A stretch of DNA of 64,000 bases from Histomonas meleagridis 2922-C6/04-290x. Taxonomy: Eukaryota > Protista > Parabasalia. The DNA lies in contig JAANOX010000087.1 in NCBI GenBank assembly GCA_020184695.1, positions 397,850 through 461,849 of the forward strand. The letters run 5' to 3'. Position 1 is the first letter of the stretch. Every line of letters starts with the position of its first letter. Under the pieces are notes generated by a model. It did not search any database. It saw only the letters and a program-made list of their open reading frames with translations, and had not been told where the DNA came from. The translations under genes were made by a program, and so were the position numbers. Of the stretch, positions 52,884 through 64,000 are shown in pieces.

Positions 52884-54101
52884 TTACTTATCGTAAGATC
52901 CGTTAAAAACGTACTTGTCCAAACGATCCATTGCATCCACAACTCTTGAGTGAGGAACTGCAAGATTTATTCTGATTGCAAAAGTGCGGTTGAATGGCCT
53001 TCCATCCTGCCATATGACTCCAACTCTTACACCTGCCCTCAGTAACTCGTCAAGTGTTTTTCCATGTTCCTTACACCATTCCTCACAGTCCATATATAGC
53101 ATATAAGTACCTTGAGGCTTTGCGAGTTTGACTCCTTTAAACTTACTAGTAATGAAATTATATGCATAATCAACATTGCTGCCAAGTACCTGACAGAGCT
53201 CATCAACCCAAACACGTCCTTCTGGTTTATATGCACCAATTAATGCATGGACAGATAAAACATTGGTCATATTATAGTGGGACATATTTGAAGCCTTACG
53301 AACACGGTCACGGAGAGTGGGATTATAAATAACATGATAAGAGCCAACAAGCCCGGCCAAGTTAAATGTTTTTGAGGGTGCATATACTGCAATAGTGCGA
53401 TTCTTGGCATCTTCAGAAATGGTCTGAATGGGTATGTGCTTTGAACCTGGAAGAACAATGTCAGACCAAATTTCATCACAAATCACAACGCAATCATGTT
53501 TGCGATAAATTTCCATAGCTTTTTCAAGTTCTTCACGTTCCCATACCCGACCTGTAGGGTTATGAGGAGAACAGAAAATAACACAGTGAATATGATTCTC
53601 TGTAATCTTCTTCTCCATATCTTCATAATCCATACGCCATACTTTGTTCTCATCAAGAACAAGATCACTGAGGACAATCTTTCTTCCGATATTGTTCATT
53701 GTTCCAGTAAATCCAATATAAGTTGGTGAATGTAATAAAACAGCTTCTCCGGGTAAAGTAAAAGCTTGAAGAGCAGACGAAACGCACCCTAGTACACCGT
53801 TTTCATAATCAATGCATTCTTTGGTAAGACCTTCGACACCAAAACGATCCTTATGCCAACGAATAATACTTTCGTAATATTCATCTGGAAGCAAAAAATA
53901 ACCAAAGTGGTGATGTTTCAATCGCTCTTCAATAGCTTCTAGGATAGTTGGAAGTGTTGGAAAATTCATATCTGCAACCCACATTGGAATTGCCGAAAAT
54001 TCCTCTGCGACTTCCACGTTTGGAATTGGAATCACATCTACAGCAATAGCATCGTGACCTTTGCGATCAAGAATTGAGGTAAAGTCGTATTTGGTGTTCA
54101 T
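52884..54101 (-). CDS. MalY/PatB-family PLP-dependent C-S lyase/aminotransferase, bacterial type
   Basis: KYDFTSILDR, PMWVADMNF, FCSPHNPTGRVW, DEIWSD, APSKTFNLAGL (PLP Lys), GTYMLYMD. Start MNTKYDF at 54101 (tracked 54140 is TTG). Confidence 0.92.
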   Translation of the reverse strand: MNTKYDFTSILDRKGHDAIAVDVIPIPNVEVAEEFSAIPMWVADMNFPTLPTILEAIEERLKHHHFGYFLLPDEYYESIIRWHKDRFGVEGLTKECIDYENGVLGCVSSALQAFTLPGEAVLLHSPTYIGFTGTMNNIGRKIVLSDLVLDENKVWRMDYEDMEKKITENHIHCVIFCSPHNPTGRVWEREELEKAMEIYRKHDCVVICDEIWSDIVLPGSKHIPIQTISEDAKNRTIAVYAPSKTFNLAGLVGSYHVIYNPTLRDRVRKASNMSHYNMTNVLSVHALIGAYKPEGRVWVDELCQVLGSNVDYAYNFITSKFKGVKLAKPQGTYMLYMDCEEWCKEHGKTLDELLRAGVRVGVIWQDGRPFNRTFAIRINLAVPHSRVVDAMDRLDKYVFNGSYDK

Positions 54102-54542
54102 AATTTTCTTTGGTTGTTTTTTTAACCGGCTAGTTTTCAATGAATTTTACCGGTTTATTAAAACGACGAAACTGTAAAAAAGCCTCCAACGGTTTTATGC
54201 AAATGTTGGAATTAAAGTCACTTTTTTGTCATATCTTACATTTCACTTCACATATTTGAGAAACTTCTCATTATGATCATGCATACATCTTTGTTAAATG
54301 GTTGTGACTCGAAAATATTCAAACACTAATAATAAAAATTTATTTTTTTTATTAATTCTAGTGAATAATTAATATATCTGCAACTGCATGCGTTTCTATC
54401 AGAGTATTATCGATAGCAATTATGAAAAGATTCTAAATTAAATCTTTCAATATGCTTTCAAACATTTTGCAATTAAGCAAACACAATTCTTTTATTGAAA
54501 GACTAACAAGACGTTTTGAAATTTCGGTTTGTATACTCTGCA

Positions 54543-54705
54543 ATACACACATCTACCCCCCATCACCACCCACCACCCACACGTACCACCCACACACTCC
54601 CCACCACCACAAGCACCACCTACACACACAAGCACCACCTACACACACACTCCCCACCACCACAAGCACCACCTACACACACAAGCACCACCTACACACA
54701 CAACA
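54543..54705 (+). repeat. C/A-rich junction tract with ~19-bp subunits and a ~52-bp duplication
   Basis: CAAGCACCACCTACACACA occurs 4 times; the block 54591-54641 is repeated at about 54644-54694; G is rare. Confidence 0.85.
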
Positions 54706-57700
54706 CTGGGTTGCCACACACACTGGGGTTACACACACTAGGTGCCACACACTGGAGTACGCCGCACAAGTGCCACACTGAGGTGCCACGCACTGGGTGC
54801 CACACACTGGGTTGCCACACACTGGGTGCCGCCACTGGGTGCCACACACACTGGGGTGCCACACACCAGGGTGCCGCACGCACACTGTGCCGACACTGGG
54901 TCGCCACACCTGGGTGCCACACGCACACAGGTTGCCGCACACACAGGTGCCACGCACTAGTTGCCACGCACAAGCCGCACCAGCGCCACGCACAGGTTGC
55001 CCACGACGCAGGTTGCCACGCACATGGGTTGCCACACGTGCGTCCACACGCACTGGGTTGCCACACACACAGGTGCCGCACTGGGTGCCACCGCACTGGG
55101 TGCCACGCACTGAGGTCGCACACTGGGGTGCCACGCACTGGGTGCCACGCACTGCAGTTGCCACACGCACAAGGTGCCACACACTGAGGTACACACACCA
55201 GGTTACCACACTCTGAGGTGCCACACACTGGGTGCCACACACCAGGTAGCCACACACTGGGTGACACACACAGGTGCCACACGCACCTGGGTGCCACACA
55301 CTGGGTGCCACACACCTACACCTGGGTGCCACACACCTGGGTGCCACCACTCACTGAGGTGCCACCACCTGGTGCCACACTGGGGTGCCACCACACCTGG
55401 GTGCCACCACACACTGAGGTGCCACACCCTAGTGCCACACGCACCCTGAGGTGCCACACGCACTGAGTGTGCCACACACTGAGTTGCCACACGCACTGCG
55501 TGCCGCACCACACACCTGGGACGCCACACACTGGGTGCCACACACTGGGTGCGCCACCGCCACCGGGTGCCGCACGCACAGGTACCGCCACACTGCAGTA
55601 GCCACACACACGTGCCACACCTGCAGTTACCACTGCAGTGCCACACTGGGTCCACCTGAGGTGCCACACACTAGGTGCCACACCTGGAGCGCCGCAGCAC
55701 TGGGTGCCACACGCACATAGGTAGCCACCACACTGGGTGCCAGCACCACTGGGTGTCACGCCTGGTGCCACACACACTGTGCCACGCACACGAGTGCCAC
55801 CGCACACCTGGGACACCACAAGGTTGCCCACGCACTAGGTGCCACACACGCAGTGCCGCACACGTGCCGCACACACTGGGTGCCACCGCACAGGTTCCAC
55901 CACCACCGAGGTGCCACGCACTGGGTACCACGCACTGGGTGCCACACACTAGGGTGCCACCACTGAGTGCACGCACACACATGAGTGCCACGCACACGTG
56001 CCACACGCGCAAGGTTGCCACACACACGAAAGGTGCCACACACCTGGTTGCCACACCTGGGTGCCACGCACACTGGGTGCCACACCAGGTGCACCACACT
56101 GGGTGCCACCGCACACTGAGTGCCACCACCTGGGTTGCCACACCTGGGTGCCACACACCTAGGTGCCACACACACTGGGTGCCACCACTGACGTGCCACA
56201 CTGGGTGCCACCACCGTACCTGCCACACTGGTGCCACCACGCACAAGGCTGCACACACTGGGTGCCACACACCTGGGTGCCACACACAAGGTGCACCACT
56301 GGGGTGCCACACACACTGGGGTGCCACCTACGCGCACTACACACGCAGTGATACACGCACACAAGGGTTGCCACACTCACCAGGTGCCACACACTGGGTG
56401 CCACACACCTGGGTGCCACACACACTGAGTTGCCACACACACAGGGTGCCACACACTGGAGTGCCACACACGGTGCCACACACTGGGTGCCACACACTGG
56501 AGTTGCCACCACACAGTCACCACACACACAAGGTGCCACCACTCGGGTGCCACACATGCCACAAGGTGCCACACACACTGGGTGCCACACACTGGGTGCC
56601 ACCGCTACCACACCTGGGCACCACACACCTGGGTGCCACACTGGGTCACCACACACACAAGTGTCCACGCACATGGGTGCGCACCACCTGGGATGCGCAC
56701 GCACAGGTTGCGCACGCACTTGCACAAGGTTACCACACACCTGGGTGCGCACACACTACAGGTGCCACACACACTGAAGTGCCACACACTGAGGTGCCAC
56801 ACACACTGGGTGCCACACACACGAGTTGCCACCACTAGCCGCACACAGGTCGCCACGCACTGAGTTGCCACACGCACTGGGTACGCCGCACACATGGTGC
56901 CGCACTGGAGCACCGCACACTGAGTGCCACACGCACAAGGTTGCCACACACTGGGTGCACGCACAGGTGCCGCACACTGGGTGCCACACCTGGGTGCCCA
57001 CACACTGGGTGCCACGCACAAGGCCACCCACTGGGTGCCACACACACTGAGTTGCCGCACTGCGTGCCACACTGCTGTGCCTGCACACACTGGTGCCACT
57101 TACCACACTGAGTATGCCACCTGCACACAGGTAGCACACCGGGTGCCACACCTGGGTGCCACACCACGCAAGGTGCCACCTGAGTCCACACACTGGGGTG
57201 CCACACACTGGGTGCCACGCACACAGGTTACCACGCACCGAGGTGCACCACCACACTGGGTGCCACACGCCACCAGATTGCCACGCACAGGTGCCACGCA
57301 CCACTGAGTGCCGCACACACAGGTCCGCCGCACGCACACAGGTGCCACGCACTGGGTGCCACGCACAAGGTTGCCACACACCTGGGTGCCGCACGCACTG
57401 GTAGCCACGCACTGGGTGCCACACGCACTGGGTTGCCACACCACACAAGGTGCCACCCGCACGAGGTCCGCCACACTGAGTGCCACACACTGGGTTCCAC
57501 GCACACTGGGTGCCACACACTGGTGCCACGCACCAAGGTGCCGCCACACCTGGTGCCGCACGCACTGGGGTGCCGCCACTGGGTGCACGCACACGGGTGC
57601 GCGCACACTGGGTGCCTGCACGCACCAGGTGCCGCACGCACCAGGTACCACACACAAGGTGCCACACTGGGTTGCCACGCACAAGTCGCCACACGCACTG

Positions 57701-60700
57701 GGTGCCACACACACAGGTCGCCACACACTGGTGCCACACACACGAGGTGCCACGCACACAAGTACCGCCACACTGGGGTGCCGCACGCACAAGGTGCCAC
57801 GCACGCAGGTGCCGCACGCACCTGGGTTGCCGCACGCACTGGGTGCCACACTGAGTTGCCACCACACTGAGGGTACGCCACTGAGGTACCAGCACACGCA
57901 TGGGTGCCACGCACAGGTCGCCGCACTGGTTGCCACGCACACTGGGTGCCACACACCTGGTGCCACCACACACCAGGTGCCACGCTGGGTGCCACACACA
58001 CTGGAGGTGCCACACACGCTGGTGCCACACGCACCAGGTGCCACACACACTGGGTGCCACACACTGGGGTCACCACACTGGGTTGCCACGCACTGGAGGT
58101 GCCACACCTGGAGTGCCACCACACTGAGTGCCACACCTGGGGTGCCACTGCACCTGAGTTGCGCCACCACACCTGGGTGCACCTGTGCCACACACTGGGT
58201 GCCACACACTGGGTCTGCCGCACCTGGGATGCCACGCACTGGAAGGCGCCACGCACTGGGTTGCCGCACACTGGGTGCCACCACTGGGGTGCCACGCACA
58301 CCAGCGCGCCGCACGCACCAGGTGCGCCGCACGCAAGGTTGCCACACTTGCCTGGGTGCCACGCACTGGGCGCCGCTGCGCAGGTTGCCGCACGCACTGG
58401 GTTGCCGCGCACTGCAAGGTTGCCGCACGCACCGCGCCACCGCGCACAGGCTGCCACGCACGCTGGGTCGCCACCACCACTGGTTGCCGCACCTGCACAG
58501 GTTGCCACGCACCTGAGGTGCCACGCACACCAGGTTGCCGCGCACTGAGTTGCCGCACACTGGGTGCACACGCGCTGGGTGCCGCGCGCTGGGTTGCGCA
58601 CACTGGAGGTCGCCACACGCACTGAGCACCACACTGGCGCCGCGCACTGGGTGCCACACACTGGAGTTGCCACGCACTGGAGATCGCCACGCGTCAACGC
58701 CTACGCACACTGGGTGCCGCCTACGCACCTGGGTTGCACGCACCTGAGCGCCACACACCACCTGCAGTTGCACCACACTGGGTGCGCACGCACTGGGTTG
58801 CCACACACTGGTGCGCCGCACACTGGGTTATACACTAGGCACCACGCACTGCGCCACACACTGGGTGTCACCTGCACTGGGTGGCGCACTGCACTGAGGT
58901 GCCGCCTGCACTGGGTGCCGCACGGACGCCGCACAGGTGAGCGCGCACTGGGTGCCGCACGCATGAGGACGCCGCGCGCACGAGGTCCGCCACTGCACCA
59001 GGTTGCCGCACTGGCTGCCACGCACTGGGTTGTCACGCACTGAGCGACCGCCACGCACGGTGCCGCACACACTGGAGTTGCCGCACACTGGGTGCGCGCA
59101 CTGCAGTCGCCACGCGCTGGGTGCCGCGCACCTGGGATCCTGCGCACCCTGGGTTGCCACTGCACTGGGTCGCCACTGCTGGGCTACTCGCGCACACAGG
59201 ATACGCCACGCACTGGGTGCCACTGCACTGGGTTGCCACACTGGGTGCCACTAGCGCACACTGGGTGCCACGCTGCTGGAGGTGCCACGCACTGGAGTGC
59301 TCACCGCACTGGTTGCCACTGCACGCAGGTTGCCACGCACCAGGTGCGCCACGCCACCAGGTGCCGCCGCACTGGGTCCGCCGCGCACTGGGTCGCCACG
59401 CACGCTGGAACCCGCCGCACGCACACTGGAGTTGCCGCACACACTGGGTGCCGCGCACTGAGTTGCCACCACTGGGTGCCGCACTGGGTTCCACGCACTG
59501 AGTTGCCACGCTGGGTGCCACGCACCTGGAACGCCACGCACTGGGTGCCGCGCACAGGTGCCACGCACGCACAGGTTGCCGCACGCACAGCGCCACACGC
59601 ACAGGTTGCCACGCACCTGGGTGCCACGCGCACTGGAGTCGCCACTGCACTGGGTTGCCACCACGCACTGGGTGCCACTGGGTGCCACTGCACAGGTGCC
59701 GCTCACCTGGAGATTGCCGCGCACACTGAGGTTGCCGCACGCACTGCGCCACGCACTGGCGCCACGCACTGGAACGCCACGCACGCAAGGTTGCACTGCC
59801 GCGCACCGAGGTTGCCACCACACTGAGTTGCCGCACACGCGTACCGCCACGCACCTGAGACGCCACGCACTGGGTGCCGCACTGGGTGCCACGCACGAGC
59901 GCTCGCACGCACGCCACCTGGACGCCGCACGCCTGGAGTGCCACACGCACGCAGGTGGCGCCTACGCACGGTTGCCACGTTGCCGCACCTGGTCCGCCTA
60001 CGCACCTGGAACCGCCACCCACGCACCTGGGGTGCCACGCACACAGGTGCCGCCTGCGCACTGGGTGCCACCTGCTGGGTCTGCACACTGGGACGCCGCC
60101 TACGCACACTGACGCCGCCTACCGCGCACTGGGTGCCACACACCTGGAGTCCGCCACTGCACTGGGTTGCCACGCCACCTGCAGGTGCCACACTGGGTCG
60201 CCACCACTGCCTGAGGTTGCCACGCACTGGGACGCCACCTGGGTGCCACACCTGGGTGCCACACACACTGGGTTGCCACACTGTAGGTGCCACCTGCCTG
60301 AGTGCCACACACTGGGTTCGCCACCTGCACTGGGTGCCACACCTGGGTGCTCCACCACTGGGTGCCGCACTGCGCCTCTCACGAGCTGCACAGCGCGCCA
60401 CTGGTGCCACCACCGCACAAGGTTAGCCACGCCTGGGTTGCCACGCACCACGAACGCCACGCCTGAGCGCCACGCACCTGGATCGCCGCACACTGGGTGC
60501 TGCCACGCACTGGGTGCCACCACGCACACAGGTTATGCACCACACGGGGTGCCACGCGCACCTGGGTGCCACACCTGGGTTGCCACCACCACCTGGGTGC
60601 ACCACACCTGGAGGTGCCACCGCACTGGGTTACGCCACGCACCCGAGTGCGCACACTGGGTGCCACCACACCTGGGTTGCCACACGCACTGGTGCCACTG

Positions 60701-63700
60701 CACTGGGTTGCCACACACTGGAGTTGCCACACGCACCTGGGTGCCACACCTGGGACGCCACGCACTGGGTGCCACACGCACTGAGGTGCCACACGCACAC
60801 TGTTGCCACACACTGGCGCCACGCACCAGGTGCCGCGCACCAGGTTGCCGCGCCTGGGTGCTGCACGCACCTGGGTTACGCCGCACGCACCAGGCGCCAC
60901 GCCAGGAGCGCCACGCACTGGAGTTGCCACACGCACCAGGCGCCGCACTGGAGACGCCGCACTGGACCCGCGACGCTGGAGTGCCACACCTGGAGTGCCA
61001 CACACTGGGCGCACGCACGCTGGGTGCTGCACGCACAGGTGCCGCCTGCGCACTGGGTTGCCGCGCACTGGGTGCCACCACGCTAGGAGTCCGCCGCACA
61101 CTGAGTTGCCACCGCACTGAGGTTGCCACGCCTGGCGCCACGCACTGGGTTGCCGCACTGGGTTGCCACGCACTGGGTTACGCCACGCACTGGGCGCCAC
61201 CACTGGGCGCCACACACCTGCCGCAAGGCGCCACACTGGGTGCCACGCACTGGGTTATACACACTGGAGTTGCCGCGCACTGGGTCCGCACGCACTGGAG
61301 TCGCCACACCACTGGGTTATACACGCGCGCCGCACTGCCTGGGACGCCACGCACTTTTAAGGACGCCGCGCACTGGGTTACGCCGCACTGGCTGCCGCAC
61401 ACTGGGTGCCGCACACACCAGGTTATAACACTGGGTTGCCACACTGCACAGGTGCGCCACGCACTGGGTGCGCCGCACGCACAGGTTGCCACGCACACAA
61501 GGTTGCCACGCCGCACACTGAGTTATACGCCACGCGACGCCACGCACGTGCGCGCCACGCGCACAGGCTGCCGCACGCTGAGTCGCCGCACTGGGTTGCT
61601 CGCACGCTGGGTGCCACGCTGGGTTGCTGCACTACCTGGGGTGCCACACGACCTGGGTGCCACACACCTGGGTTGCCACACACCTGGGTGCCACACACTG
61701 GGCTGCCACGCACCCTGGGTGCCACGCGCACAAGGTTGCGCCACACTGGGTGCGCCACACACCTGGGTTACCGCCACCACCACTGAGGTGCCACTGGAGT
61801 GTGACCGCCACACACTGGAGTGCCACACGCCCTGGGTGCCACACCACACTGGGTTGCCGCACGCACTGGGTTGCCACCACACACTGAGTTGCACACGCAC
61901 CACGGGTCACCACGCACTGGGTTGCCGGCTGCGCCAGGTTGCCTGGCACAGGTCTACCACGCACGCAAGGTTGCCACGCACCAGGTTGACCACACGCACC
62001 TGAGTGCCACACCACCTGGGTGCCACACTGGAACGCCACACCTGGGTGCCACGCACGTCAGGTTCGCACCACTGGGTGCCGCGCACCACCTGAGTGCGCA
62101 CGCACGCACTGGGTGCCACACCGCACTGAGGTTGTCCTGCGCGCACTGGGTTCACGCACACCTGGAGTTGCCGCACGCTGGAGTTGCCACTGGGCCTGCA
62201 CACCTGGGTTGCCGCACGCACGGTGCCACCACGCACCTGCACGCCACACACACGCAAGGTGCCACCTGGGTGCCACACTGGGTTGCCACACACTGGGTGC
62301 CACTTGCTGGAGTTGCACTGAGTTGCCACTGTTGCCACCTGGGTGCGCCACTGCACCCTGGAGCCGCCGCCACACTGGTTGCCGCACTGGGTTACGCCAC
62401 GCACACTGGATTGCCGCCTGAGTTACCACTGCACCTGTCGCCACCACGCACTGGGTGCCACCTGACTGGGACCGCCACGCCACTGGGCGACCACCTTGCA
62501 CTGGGTGCCACGCACCAGGTGCCACACACCTGGGTCGCCACACGCACTGGGTGCCACCACACTGAGGACGCTGCACACTGGGACACCGCACACACTGGGT
62601 GCCACACACACTGGGTGCCACTGGGTGCCACCACACTGAGTGCCACCACGCACTAGGTGCCACCTCACCACGGTTCTACGCGCACCTGGGTGCGCCGCAC
62701 TGGGTGCCACACTGCGCACCGTTACACGCTGGGGTCCGCCGCACTGGGTGCCGCACTGGGCGCCACTGCACTGGGTGCCGCGCACTGGGTTGCCACCGCA
62801 CACGGTGCCACACACTGGAGTGCCACCGCACCTGGAGTTGCCGCACGCACTGGGTGCCACGCACACACTGGGTGCCACGCACACCTGGAGTTCTCACACG
62901 CACCTGGGTGCCACTGGGCGCCACTGCACTGGGTGCCACTGCCCTGGGTCTCACCACTGGGTGCCACGCACTGGGATTGCCACACACACAGTGCCACACA
63001 CTGGAGTGCCACTGCACTGGGTGCCACGCACACACTGAGTCCGCCACCTACTGCACCTGGGTGCCACACGCACAGGTGCCACAGGTGCCACCACACTGGG
63101 GTGCCACCACGCACACTGGTTGCCACACGCACCTGGGTGCCACACCGCACGAGTTGCCACGCACTGAGTGCGCACCTGGGTTGCCGCACTGCACTGGGTG
63201 CCATGCACGCACCTGCAGGTGCCACGCACACCAGCGCCACGCACCTGGTGCCACACTGGGTGCCACACCTGAGTTGCCACGCACTGGGTTGCCACGCACT
63301 GCGTAGGCGCCACGCCGCACCGGGTGCGCACACACCGGTTGCCACCGCACCTGGGTGCGCCACCACACTGGGTCGCCACACTCACCTGGGTGCCACTTGC
63401 ACACCTGGGTGCCACACACCACACAAGGTCCGCCACACTGGAGACCTCACACGCCACTGGGTGCCACACACCCTGGATGCCACACTGGGTTACACCTGCC
63501 TGGGTGCCACACCTGGGTGCCACACTGGGTGCCACGCACCTGGGGTGCCACACACCTGGGTGCCACCACACACTGGGTCTGCCACCACACTGGGAGTGCC
63601 ACACACTGCGAGTGCCACGCCACACTGGGTGCGCACGCACTGGGTCCGCCGCACTGCACACAGGTTGCCACCTGCCACTGGGTGCCACCACGCACGCACT

Positions 63701-64000
63701 GAGTTGCCGCACACTGGAGGTGCCACCACGCACCTGAGTGCCACGCACTGGGTGCCACACACGCACCTGCCGCCACACCTGGGTGCCACACACGCCTGGG
63801 TTACCGCCGCACACTGGGTGCCACGCACTGGGTGCCACCGCCCTGGAGTCGCCACGCACTGGGTGCGCACACGCACTGTTGCCACCACACTGGGTGCCGC
63901 ACCTGGGCCGCCGCACACCTGGGTGCCACCGCACGCACTGCGGGTTGCCGCACGCAAGGTCCGCCACACGCACCAGGTGCCACGCACGTGATGCGTGACT
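54706..64000. repeat. Irregular GC-rich short-unit tandem array, consensus ~(AC/GC)n-CTGGG-T(T)GCC; runs off the window
   Basis: Continuous variants of ACACACTGGGTGCC, ACGCACTGGGTTGCC, ACACCTGGGTGCC, CACTGAGGTGCC and CACCAGGTGCC. One sampled line (57841-57900) is 62% GC with A:T = 15:8. Confidence 0.92.

Noticed and set aside
54452-63998. Dozens of overlapping His/Thr/Pro-rich (+) and Val/Cys/Trp-rich (-) ORFs up to 709 aa
   Set aside because: The repeat vocabulary rarely forms stop codons. ORFs occur in all six frames, unit lengths are not multiples of 3, and most starts are GTG/TTG.

Overview
Eukaryotic DNA, most consistent with a parabasalid protist (Trichomonas/Tritrichomonas-like). This is inferred from intron-free AT-rich genes, a BspA-like LRR gene, DUF3447-type ankyrin genes, an Inr-like TCATT near a start codon and stop codons in a TAAA context. 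Bases 1-54540 are AT-rich and gene-dense. They encode a GH77/CBM20 glucanotransferase-like protein, a WDR6-like WD40 protein, a TBC RabGAP, a DDX5/Dbp2-like helicase, a Cdc15/SepH-like kinase, a large surface protein, PheRS alpha, deoxyhypusine synthase, two tandem pseudokinases, two MFS transporters, ubiquitin E1, SCAR/WAVE, cytosolic Hsp70, a RasGAP, an S8 subtilase and a bacterial-type MalY/PatB PLP enzyme. The region also holds a tRNA-Ile(GAU), a decayed non-LTR retrotransposon and pseudogenes of a bacterial-type PARG and a BspA. From about 54543 to the window end is a ~60% GC irregular short-unit array built from words such as CAC/CTGGG/TGCC; its many ORFs are treated as artefacts. Top candidates for new biology: (1) ankyrin genes in which every 30-codon repeat core is stop-free and looks selected, yet is separated from the next by an AT-rich 60-141 nt insert at the same loop position with no GT-AG ends, which implies non-canonical splicing, ribosomal bypass or DNA-level excision; (2) the 9.4 kb irregular array, which may be a telomerase-like product, a satellite or a basecalling artefact. 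All assignments come from motif recognition by eye; no searches were run.
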